A DNA stretch of 64,000 nucleotides from an uncultured Bacteroidales bacterium (lineage in GTDB: Bacteria > Bacteroidota > Bacteroidia > Bacteroidales > Marinilabiliaceae), in NCBI GenBank assembly GCA_937892095.1, contig CALAVC010000224.1:49893-113892 (forward strand), read 5' to 3'. Shown here piece after piece: positions 8,245 to 16,657 of this stretch. The notes under the pieces are model-generated. The model worked only from the letters and a program-made list of their open reading frames with translations, ran no database searches and was not told the DNA's origin. The first letter of the stretch is position 1, and each line of letters begins with the position of its first letter. The position numbers and the translations under genes are program-made.

Positions 8245-9420
8245 TTATTTTATCACTTCAAATTCCGTACGCCTATTGAGTGGCTGATTCGTTTCGCTTA
8301 TGGGTTCACGACTGCCGCGCCCTTCTGTCAAAATTCGTTCAGCCTCTATACCCTGACGCACAAGTTCGGCTTTTGCTGCTTCGGCTCGTTTTTCGCTCAC
8401 GCGCTGGTTAGCCTCGTCCGAGCCGTCTTTCGATGCATGCCCAACAACTTTTACTTTTAGGTCTGGGTATTTTTTCAGCAATTCGGCCACTTCGCCAAGA
8501 ATTGCCTTGCTCTTCGAGTTCATCTCGGCAGAGCCTACACTAAATTGTAGGTTGTTAAATTTTGTCTGCAACGCGTCCATGGCTTCTTGTGCTTCTATGC
8601 GTTGTTTCTCTGTTGCCAAAGATGCTGAGTCTGCTTCGGCACGTGCAATAGAGTCTTCGCGTGCTTTTTGAAGTTCGGCCAGTCGAGCTGCTTCAAGTGC
8701 TTTGTCGTTACTTGTTGTCGTCATTGCTGGCAGTGCTTTGCCTGTGCAGTCACACCAACTCTTGTCGTCCACTCCCTTGCAACCCTTCATCAGCAAGAAG
8801 GCAATCAACAATAGTAGCAATAGTAGCAACAGCAACCATAGCCATCTGCAACACCCTTTGCGCCCACCAAGTCGCTCTTCGTCGGCTGGTGTCATGAGCG
8901 ACGAGTAGTCAGGATACGTTTCCTCTGGCTCATTCGCATTACTTTCATTGTCCGCCACGATGAACTGACTCACTGGTGGCACATAGCCATTGATATATTC
9001 CAATCGGAAGTTGCCACGTGCAAAGTTCCCGTCGGCTTTCTCAAATTCGGCCACTGTAATGTCATACTCCTTGCCTTTTTCTATCATTCGCTCGAAGTCC
9101 GCTTTTGCCCACGTTTGCACAAAATACACATCTGTGCCATCGGTCAAGTGGATTATCTCGTCGGGCTCATCGAAGAACTCGCTATCGAGCTGCTTAGCAT
9201 CCAGCAGCTCGCCCGCACGCTGACCATTGTCGTAGCGTGTGTCTTTGACGCTATAAAAAATGTGCTTAAACCTCCCATTGTATGCTGCGTTTATCTCGCC
9301 CGGAAAGGCTGCTCGCAACTGCTCTAAAGTCGTTTCAGGATGAAGACGCAAATAGGCATGCACAATGCCAAGTGCTGTCCTATTTTGCGCTTTGCCATAC
9401 ACTTTTACTTTGTCTGCCAT
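8245..9420 (-). CDS. OmpA/MotB-like peptidoglycan-binding protein with a cytoplasmic N-terminal domain and a single poly-Leu TM segment
   Basis: No signal peptide. TM segment CCRWLWLLLLLLLLLLIAFLLM, then a coiled-coil-like stretch. A complete OmpA-like domain follows: FSVGSAEM...VVGHASKDGSDEANQRVSEKRAEAAKAELV...NRRTEFEV. Confidence 0.8.
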   Translation of the reverse strand: MADKVKVYGKAQNRTALGIVHAYLRLHPETTLEQLRAAFPGEINAAYNGRFKHIFYSVKDTRYDNGQRAGELLDAKQLDSEFFDEPDEIIHLTDGTDVYFVQTWAKADFERMIEKGKEYDITVAEFEKADGNFARGNFRLEYINGYVPPVSQFIVADNESNANEPEETYPDYSSLMTPADEERLGGRKGCCRWLWLLLLLLLLLLIAFLLMKGCKGVDDKSWCDCTGKALPAMTTTSNDKALEAARLAELQKAREDSIARAEADSASLATEKQRIEAQEAMDALQTKFNNLQFSVGSAEMNSKSKAILGEVAELLKKYPDLKVKVVGHASKDGSDEANQRVSEKRAEAAKAELVRQGIEAERILTEGRGSREPISETNQPLNRRTEFEVIK

Positions 9421-9458
9421 AGTTATGCGCTATTTATTTGGTTTTTACTGCTTTACGC

Positions 9459-9466
9459 CAAAAATA
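9459..9466 (-). promoter_or_regulatory. candidate -7 promoter box (TATTTTTG on the minus strand) for the OmpA-family gene
   Basis: Plus strand reads CAAAAATA, the reverse complement of TAnnTTTG. It lies 39 nt upstream of the start at 9420. Confidence 0.35.
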
Positions 9467-9638
9467 GTTAAAATGTTTTTAGTTATACTTCTTATTTATT
9501 TTATAATCTTTACATTTTATGTTGTGCAACACAAATCCCTCCCTACTTCAACTCCCAACACAACGCCATGTGTAGCACATTATGCCCTAAAAAATTGCTA
9601 ATTTCGTTGTCTCGTTTTCATAATTCAAAACACTCCCA

Positions 9639-10094
9639 ATGAGGGTCATCATTCAGCGTGTAAGTCAGGCATCTGTCGTTGCCGATGGTCAGCAAGCTGG
9701 TCAAATAGGCAAAGGTCTTTTTGTCCTTCTCGGCATTTGCCCCACCGACACCACCGACGACATCGCCTATCTAACAGCCAAAATCGCATCTATGCGCGTA
9801 TTCTCCGATAGTGCAGGACTTATGAATCTCTCCGCCTCCGATGTCGGTGCAGACATACTCGTTGTCAGTCAGTTTACGCTCTTTGCCAAAACTCGCAAGG
9901 GCAACCGACCATCGTTTATCGATGCTGCCCGCCCCGAAGTCGCCATACCTCTCTACGAAGCTTTTGTTAGCGAACTAAGCCACATCACTGGCCGACACGT
10001 ACCAACAGGCGTCTTTGGTGCCGATATGCAAATAAGTCTCGTCGCCGACGGACCAGTCAGCATAATCATGGACTCTAAGCAAAAAGATTTCTAA
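9639..10094 (+). CDS. dtd: D-aminoacyl-tRNA deacylase
   Basis: 151 aa. N-terminus MRVIIQRV, SQFTLFA and the C-terminal NDGPV-like motif (ADGPVSI). Confidence 0.93.
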   Translation: MRVIIQRVSQASVVADGQQAGQIGKGLFVLLGICPTDTTDDIAYLTAKIASMRVFSDSAGLMNLSASDVGADILVVSQFTLFAKTRKGNRPSFIDAARPEVAIPLYEAFVSELSHITGRHVPTGVFGADMQISLVADGPVSIIMDSKQKDF

Positions 10095-10098
10095 ATCA

Positions 10099-10440
10099 AT
10101 GTCCGACCTTACTCTCCCACAAGCGCAACAGTTAGTCGACGAATGGATTCGCACCTATGGCGTCCGATATTTCAATCCGCTAACCAACATGGCTTGTCTC
10201 ACCGAAGAAGTCGGTGAGCTCGCTCGCATTGTCGCTCGTACCTATGGCGAACAAAGTTTTAAGGACGGCGAACATCCCGACCCTTCCGACGAAATGGCCG
10301 ACATCCTATGGGTCCTTATCTGCATGGCCAATCAGATGAACATCGACCTTCAAGATGCCCTCCGACGTTCGCTCGACAAGAAAACCAAGCGCGACAAATT
10401 ACGACACGTCAACAATCCGAAACTCAAACAACAATCATAA
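10099..10440 (+). CDS. MazG-like nucleotide pyrophosphohydrolase (small YpjD-type)
   Basis: 113 aa. LTEEVGELARIV and DEMADILWVLICMAN contain the EExxE / ExxD helices of the MazG fold. Confidence 0.8.
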   Translation: MSDLTLPQAQQLVDEWIRTYGVRYFNPLTNMACLTEEVGELARIVARTYGEQSFKDGEHPDPSDEMADILWVLICMANQMNIDLQDALRRSLDKKTKRDKLRHVNNPKLKQQS

Positions 10441-10444
10441 CCCA

Positions 10445-11341
10445 ATGACAGCACAGCAAATCATAGACGAATTCCCCTATCCCGTACAGCTCGACAACAT
10501 TCAAGCAAACATAGAAAAGGCACGCATCGACTCCCAAAAATATCTGTCCGACGATGCCGTACTTCAAACCATTTTCAACAGCATAGATCTCACAACTCTC
10601 AGCGCCACCGACTCAGCAAGTAGTGTGCGCAATTTCGTCAGTCGTGTCAATAGCTTTGCTGCCGACTATCCCGACCTCAAAAATGTTGGTGGCATCTGTG
10701 TTTATGCTGTCTTCGCACCTATTCTGAAAAGCACCCTTCGCGTCGAGAGCGTACATCGTGCAGTAGTAGCAGCTTGCTTCCCTTCGTCGCAAACATTTAC
10801 CGACATCAAGGTAGCCGAAGTCGCCAAGGCCGTCAGCGCAGGTGCCACCGAGGTCGATGTCGTCATTAGTGTAGGCGAATTTCTCGATGGCAACTACGAG
10901 TTTGTACTCGACGAACTGCGTAGCCTCCGCACGGCCACAGGTTCAGCACGCCTCAAAGTAATTCTCGAAACAGGAGCTCTCACGTCGCACGAAGAAATCT
11001 GGATAGCCTCGCTACTTGCCATGGAAGCCAGCGCCGACTTCATAAAGACCAGTACTGGCAAGAATTGCTCAGGTGTCACACCCGAAGCCGCCTATGTCAT
11101 GTGTTCTGCCATCGCTGCTTTCGCCAAGGCCCGTGGTCGTAAGGTCGGTTTCAAGCCTGCAGGTGGCATCTCTTCGCCCGACGAAGCCGTCCTCTACTAC
11201 GAAATCGTTCGCTCACTCCTTGGCACAGAACAAGTCTCCAACAATACGCTATTCCGTATCGGTGCAAGTCGACTTGCCAACTCACTCCTTCAAAAAATTC
11301 TAACCCTCAAAGGTCGCACAGCCCCCGAAAAATATTTCTAA
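10445..11341 (+). CDS. deoC: deoxyribose-phosphate aldolase (long form)
   Basis: Contains the Schiff-base lysine motif DFIKTSTGK, GATEVDVVI and KPAGGI. The ATG at 10445 (MTAQQ) follows the upstream stop directly. The longer ORF-track start overlaps the MazG-like gene. Confidence 0.85.
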   Translation: MTAQQIIDEFPYPVQLDNIQANIEKARIDSQKYLSDDAVLQTIFNSIDLTTLSATDSASSVRNFVSRVNSFAADYPDLKNVGGICVYAVFAPILKSTLRVESVHRAVVAACFPSSQTFTDIKVAEVAKAVSAGATEVDVVISVGEFLDGNYEFVLDELRSLRTATGSARLKVILETGALTSHEEIWIASLLAMEASADFIKTSTGKNCSGVTPEAAYVMCSAIAAFAKARGRKVGFKPAGGISSPDEAVLYYEIVRSLLGTEQVSNNTLFRIGASRLANSLLQKILTLKGRTAPEKYF

Positions 11342-11348
11342 CATTCTC

Positions 11349-12113
11349 ATGGATAAAAAAGACATCTTAGGTCTCATTCCAGCTCGCTACGCTTCGACGC
11401 GTTTCCCCGGCAAACCACTTGCCGACATCGGTGGAAAGCCCATGATTCAGCGTGTCTACGAAAACGTCAGCCTCGCGCTCCCCAACGTATGTGTCGCCAC
11501 CGACGACATCCGCATTGCTCGTGCCGTAAGCAGTTTTGGAGGTCGCTATGTCCTCACATCGTCCGACCACCGCAGTGGCACCGACCGTTGTGCAGAAGCA
11601 CTCACCAAAGTCGAAGCCGAAGACGGACAAAACTACCAAGTCGTCATCAATATTCAGGGCGACGAACCATTTATTCGACCCGAGCAAGTCAACTTACTCG
11701 CGTCAGCTTTCGATAGCGACAAAGTACAAATAGCCACACTCGTCAAGAAAATCGACACACCCGACGATCTTCTCAATCCCAATAAGCCAAAAGTAGTTGT
11801 CAGCTGTCTGTCCGATGCACTATATTTTAGCCGACAACCCATCCCATACCTACGCTCCGAACCCGATGTCAACAAGTGGCTCTCGATGCACACCTACTAT
11901 AACCACATCGGACTCTATGCCTACCGTACTCGTGTCCTTCACCATCTCACCAAACTCGCACCAGGCATTCTCGAACGTGCCGAAAGCCTCGAACAACTTC
12001 GTTGGCTCGAAAATGGCTATTCCATTCGTGTGCTCACCACGACACTCGAAAGCCTCAGCGTCGACACACCTGCCGACCTCGAAGCTCTTCGCATGCGAGG
12101 ACTCATAAAATAA
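11349..12113 (+). CDS. kdsB: 3-deoxy-manno-octulosonate cytidylyltransferase (CMP-KDO synthetase)
   Basis: IPARYASTRFPGKPLADIGGKPMIQRVYE, NIQGDEP and the LEQLRWLENG motif. Length is 254 aa. Confidence 0.93.
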   Translation: MDKKDILGLIPARYASTRFPGKPLADIGGKPMIQRVYENVSLALPNVCVATDDIRIARAVSSFGGRYVLTSSDHRSGTDRCAEALTKVEAEDGQNYQVVINIQGDEPFIRPEQVNLLASAFDSDKVQIATLVKKIDTPDDLLNPNKPKVVVSCLSDALYFSRQPIPYLRSEPDVNKWLSMHTYYNHIGLYAYRTRVLHHLTKLAPGILERAESLEQLRWLENGYSIRVLTTTLESLSVDTPADLEALRMRGLIK

Positions 12114-12227
12114 ATTTATCGTTTTAACGTAACATAACAACTTATATAGCGTATAACCACCACAGTGGTCGGTGTTACCGGCTCGTGTTTTTAAAATTAA
12201 TATTATCTTTACGCAAGATTTTTTAGA

Positions 12228-12809
12228 ATGTTAGCCATGACGAAAATAGGAGCTAATCAAGACTTCTTGGAGTTCGCCTATCAGTTGTATCACACGATGC
12301 AGGCCAACGAAATTAACCTCGTCTACGAAGGAGTCGTTACTCAGGAAATAACAAAAACATTCACTGCCATGACCGAGAAAAATATGGTCAAAGCAGAGGA
12401 GAAAAGTACCGTCCAACGTAGGGTCTTCAACGTTATGGTCGAATGTCTGCAAAATATTAGCAAGCATGCCGACCCAATCTCTGGCGAAGAAGATGAAGAA
12501 CGACGTGGCATAGTCCTCGTTTCTCATGGCGAACATAGCTACAACGTCATCACTGGCAATGTAGTTAAAAAAGAAAAACGTGCAGGTCTCGAAGCCACCC
12601 TCCAACACATCAATAGCCTCGACAAAGAAGGTCTTTCAGCCGCCTACAAACAGCAAATACTCGAAGGTCGCATATCCGAAAAAGGTGGTGCTGGTCTCGG
12701 TTTTATCGACATCGCCAAGAAGAGTGGCAACAAAATCGACTATCAGTTCAAGGAACTAAACGACGATTTTGTGTTCTTCATCATCATCACCACAATTTCG
12801 CGTAGCTAA
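12228..12809 (+). CDS. SiaB-like GHKL-fold serine/threonine protein kinase (anti-sigma-factor-kinase-like)
   Basis: 193 aa. N-box-like VECLQNISKHA and G-box-like KGGAGLGFIDIAKKSG. It lies directly upstream of a DUF1987/SiaC-like gene. Confidence 0.7.
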   Translation: MLAMTKIGANQDFLEFAYQLYHTMQANEINLVYEGVVTQEITKTFTAMTEKNMVKAEEKSTVQRRVFNVMVECLQNISKHADPISGEEDEERRGIVLVSHGEHSYNVITGNVVKKEKRAGLEATLQHINSLDKEGLSAAYKQQILEGRISEKGGAGLGFIDIAKKSGNKIDYQFKELNDDFVFFIIITTISRS

Positions 12810-12859
12810 ACACTCGAAAATCAACAAAAACTAACATAAAGACAAGCATACTTGCAACA

Positions 12860-13225
12860 ATGGAAGTAATAAATATCAAAGGCACCGACGATACGCCATC
12901 TATCGTGATGGATAAAGACGCCAACATCATCGAATTCTCCGGTCGCTCGCTCCCCGAAGACGTTGCCACTTTCTATGGCCCCGCTCTCGCTTGGATAGAC
13001 GAGTTCGTCAACGACCCCAACGAACACACCGATGTCTGCTTCAAACTCGAGTATTTCAACACAGCCTCCTCTAAAATACTCCTCGACATACTCCTCAAGT
13101 TCGAGCCCATTGCCGACAATGTTACCATCAAGTGGCACTACCACGAAGACGAAGAAGACATCCTCGATGCTGGCAAAGAATACGAAGATATCGTTGAAGT
13201 ACCTTTCGAATTCGTAGAATACTAA
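12860..13225 (+). CDS. SiaC-like regulatory phosphoprotein (DUF1987 family)
   Basis: 121 aa. GTDDTPSIVMD...IEFSGRSLPED...FYGPALAWIDEF...LEYFNTASSKILLDIL...IKWHY matches the DUF1987 pattern. Thr68 lies in the YFNT motif. Confidence 0.75.
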   Translation: MEVINIKGTDDTPSIVMDKDANIIEFSGRSLPEDVATFYGPALAWIDEFVNDPNEHTDVCFKLEYFNTASSKILLDILLKFEPIADNVTIKWHYHEDEEDILDAGKEYEDIVEVPFEFVEY

Positions 13226-13395
13226 GCAATCTCCCCCACTCCTCACCACAAACACCCGATAGTCAAAGCACGGCAACTAAAGCCCGACCACTAAAAACAT
13301 AAAACAAAAAAACAAACAGTCCTTACCCCGACAACTAAATCAACACTCTAATGGGTTTGGGGCTGTTTATTTTTTCTTTCTGAATACATTTCGAG

Positions 13396-16300
13396 ATGAG
13401 CGAAGAGATACTTGAACACTTGATGAAACTCTTTGGCATCATCGCCAAGCAAGGCGGCGGTGCCAGCGGGATCGAAGTGGAGTTTGTTAGCAAATTCTTA
13501 AAATCTCAACTCGGCGACGCAGCTGTAGAACAATACCTCGAAATGTTCAAAAGCGAAGCCAACAAAGGCGTCAAGTTCGACGAGAAAGGTCGACTCATAG
13601 TCGCTGTGGGCGATAGCATGAAAGTGCTCGGCATCTGTCGCAAAGCCAACAAAGCCCTCTCCAAAGAACAAAAAGTCGTCGTACTCGTCCGACTCTACGA
13701 AATGGAACGAGTATACACCGAGGGCATAAAAAATGGCACAATCAATGTCAACGTCAACGAAGACGGGACAGACATGGCTGCCGAGACAATCAAGTTGCGC
13801 GAAGAAGTCATCAAGACTGCTGGCGAAGTATTCCGACTCGAAGTAAAGGAAATAGACAACATCAAGCTCTTCTGCAACCAAGACAACCAACACAGTTTCG
13901 ACATCGAAGACTTCCTATTGGCCGACGACGCTGCCGACGACACCTACAAAGCCGCCGTTCACGTCAAGGACGACAACCTCGATGGCTTCCTCTCCATTCT
14001 GCAAATAAAGAGTGCTGACCTATACTTCGTCAAGTACGTAGGCAGTCGCGAAGTATCCATCAATGGTCTCGCCATTGACAGCGGGACAGTCTATCCTCTC
14101 CCTGGCGGTAGCTTCATCAAGACGCCCACAGGTCTCATGTACTACACCGACATCGTAGCACGTCTGGCCAAGGAAAGCAATGTCGCCAAAATATCTTTTG
14201 AAGTCAAAGACGTCAATTTCGTCTTTAAGACTGGTGGCATCGGACTCCGACACATCAACATGGCCGAAGAGCAAGGCAAACTTGTCGGCATAATGGGTGC
14301 CTCAGGTGCAGGCAAAACAACATTGCTCAACGTCCTTTGTGGCAACGAAGCGCCAACAACGGGCGAAGTCCTTATCAACGGGCTCAACCTGCACACTCAA
14401 AAAGAACAACTCGAAGGCGTCATAGGTCTCATACCACAAGACGACCTCCTCATCGAAGAGCTAACAGTCTACCAAAACCTCTACTACAATGCTAAGCTAT
14501 GTTTCAGAAGCCTTAGCGAAGAAGAAATCAACGAACGAGTAGACAAAACACTCAAAGACCTCGGACTCTACGAGCGTAAAGACCTACAAGTAGGCTCGCC
14601 ACTCAACAAAATGATTAGTGGCGGTCAGCGTAAACGACTCAACATCGCTCTCGAACTTATCCGCGAACCGGGAATACTCTTCGTCGACGAACCAACATCA
14701 GGTCTTTCAAGTCGCGACTCCGAAAACGTCATGAATCTCTTGCGCGAACTATCGCTCAAAGGAAAACTCGTTTTTGTCGTCATTCACCAACCATCTTCGG
14801 ACATCTACAAGATGTTCGACAAAATGTTTATTCTCGACACTGGTGGATACCCAGTCTACTATGGCAACCCCACCGAAAGCATAACATATTTCAAGCGCGA
14901 AGACGGACAAGCCAATGCCGACGTCGGTCAGTGCCCCACTTGTGGTAACGTCAATCCCGAACTCGTCTTCAACATCCTCGATGCCAGCGTACGCGACGAA
15001 TTTGGCAACACACTCAACAAGCGTAAGAAAACTGCCGAAGAGTGGAATAAGTCCTACAATGAAAAAATCCTTCCCAAAATACCAACCGTACGAACCGTAG
15101 ACGAACAACCACCCAAATCGCTCGACATACCCAGTTGGTTTAAGCAATTCTGGATATACACGCAACGCGACTTCTGGGCAAAAATAAGCAACACGCAGTA
15201 TATCCTCCTCAACATACTCGAAGCGCCAGTCCTCGGTTTCGTCCTTGCCTACCTCATCCGCTACATAGTCGACCCCGACTCCGACGTCTACATCTTCCGC
15301 GAAAATGCCAACATACCCATCTACATCTTCATGGGTACGGTCGTTGCCATATTCTTCGGGCTTATCATTAGTGCCGAAGAAATATTCAAAGACGCAAAAA
15401 TACTCAAGCGCGAAGCATTCCTAAACCTCAGCCGTTCGGCCTACCTAATGTCCAAGATTGTCATTCTTATGGGCATATCTGCCATTCAGATGATACTCTT
15501 CATTCTTGTGGGCAATGCTGAAATACAATTCACAGGAATGAACTGGGAATTTTGGGTAATGCTATTCTCCGTTGCCGTCTCGTCCAACATACTCGGACTA
15601 ATCATTTCTTCCACGTTCAACTCCATCGTTACCATCTACATCATGATACCACTTATCATGATTCCTCAGATGGTGCTCGGCGGCGCTATGTTTACATTCG
15701 ATAAGCTAAACAAAGACATTTCAGCCGTTGACAAAGTGCCACTCGTGGCCGAGGTAATCCCAGCGCGCTATGCTTACGAAGGTCTCATCGTACATCAGTA
15801 CAAGAACAATAAATTCGAGACGCGATTCTTCGACGACAAGATGGCCGAAAGCCAAGCCGACTTCAAGCAAGTATACTACCTGCCCAAACTCAAAGACGCA
15901 CTCGACAACGTCCGTACTCTGCAAGAAAAACAACAAGTAGACGACAAGTCTTTCAAAGCCGACCTCGCACTCCTCCACAACGAACTCGGCAAAGAAATGC
16001 ATCGCCACCCCGAAATAGCGTTTGATAGCCACGACCGACTCACCCCCATCGACTTTGGTGCAGATGTCTATGCCGATACCAAAGCCTACATAGCCAAGCT
16101 CGAACAGCTCTACCAAGAAGCCTTTATGCAGGCCAACCAAAGTCGTGAGAACAAAATAAACTACTACCTCGAAAAGCAGAAAGACATATATAACAGACTC
16201 AAAGACGAGTGCTCCAACGAAGCCGTAGCCGATGTCGTCACCAAGACGTTCGACAAGAACAAAATCCTTCGTGATGGCGACCGACTAATACAAATTAAGG

Positions 16301-16635
16301 ACCCCATCTATCAAATGCCCGAACCAGAAGGCATACTTCGCTTCCGTTGCCACTTCTTTGCACCCTACAAATATTTCTTCGGCACGTATATTGATACAAT
16401 TTGGTTCAACGTCTTGGCCGTATGGGTCATATCCGCCTTCCTCTACTGCTTGCTCTATTACGACGTAGTCCGTAAGAGTTTTGAGAAAATTGGCGACTTC
16501 AAACTTGGCAAGAAATTAGAACCTATCATGGCTAAGATTTCTGCCACTGTTAAAACGTTATTCGCTTCGTTCCGTAAAAAGAAAGAAGAAACAAAAGCCA
16601 CAACCAAAAAGACCGAAAAAGCAACTTCTAAATAA
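13396..16635 (+). CDS. ABCG-like (ABC-2 type) transporter, fused ATPase and permease, with a ~290-aa N-terminal regulatory extension and a long insert before the last TM segment
   Basis: Walker A GIMGASGAGKTTLLNVL, signature ISGGQRKRLNIALEL, Walker B ILFVDEPTSGLS and H-loop VIHQPS. Five to six TM segments follow (aa ~590-800), then a ~220-aa helical region, a final TM IWFNVLAVWVISAFLYCLLYY and a Lys-rich tail. Confidence 0.9.
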   Translation: MSEEILEHLMKLFGIIAKQGGGASGIEVEFVSKFLKSQLGDAAVEQYLEMFKSEANKGVKFDEKGRLIVAVGDSMKVLGICRKANKALSKEQKVVVLVRLYEMERVYTEGIKNGTINVNVNEDGTDMAAETIKLREEVIKTAGEVFRLEVKEIDNIKLFCNQDNQHSFDIEDFLLADDAADDTYKAAVHVKDDNLDGFLSILQIKSADLYFVKYVGSREVSINGLAIDSGTVYPLPGGSFIKTPTGLMYYTDIVARLAKESNVAKISFEVKDVNFVFKTGGIGLRHINMAEEQGKLVGIMGASGAGKTTLLNVLCGNEAPTTGEVLINGLNLHTQKEQLEGVIGLIPQDDLLIEELTVYQNLYYNAKLCFRSLSEEEINERVDKTLKDLGLYERKDLQVGSPLNKMISGGQRKRLNIALELIREPGILFVDEPTSGLSSRDSENVMNLLRELSLKGKLVFVVIHQPSSDIYKMFDKMFILDTGGYPVYYGNPTESITYFKREDGQANADVGQCPTCGNVNPELVFNILDASVRDEFGNTLNKRKKTAEEWNKSYNEKILPKIPTVRTVDEQPPKSLDIPSWFKQFWIYTQRDFWAKISNTQYILLNILEAPVLGFVLAYLIRYIVDPDSDVYIFRENANIPIYIFMGTVVAIFFGLIISAEEIFKDAKILKREAFLNLSRSAYLMSKIVILMGISAIQMILFILVGNAEIQFTGMNWEFWVMLFSVAVSSNILGLIISSTFNSIVTIYIMIPLIMIPQMVLGGAMFTFDKLNKDISAVDKVPLVAEVIPARYAYEGLIVHQYKNNKFETRFFDDKMAESQADFKQVYYLPKLKDALDNVRTLQEKQQVDDKSFKADLALLHNELGKEMHRHPEIAFDSHDRLTPIDFGADVYADTKAYIAKLEQLYQEAFMQANQSRENKINYYLEKQKDIYNRLKDECSNEAVADVVTKTFDKNKILRDGDRLIQIKDPIYQMPEPEGILRFRCHFFAPYKYFFGTYIDTIWFNVLAVWVISAFLYCLLYYDVVRKSFEKIGDFKLGKKLEPIMAKISATVKTLFASFRKKKEETKATTKKTEKATSK

Positions 16636-16657
16636 ACAAACTAACACACCTAAGCTA

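Noticed and set aside
10355-10444. Longer start for deoC overlapping the MazG-like gene; similar long starts for the second chrA gene (46051), the small secreted protein (18980) and acpH (4600)
   Set aside because: In each case an internal ATG directly after the upstream stop gives the conserved N-terminus or a signal peptide. The extra residues are out-of-frame read-through of the neighbouring gene.
13950-14270. Calling the beta-rich segment of the ABC transporter a bona fide FHA domain
   Set aside because: Only the distal half of the FHA pattern (NG...I...L..G..I) is visible. The canonical G-R and S-x-x-H phosphothreonine-contact motifs were not found by eye. It is kept as a hypothesis in the findings, not as a feature.
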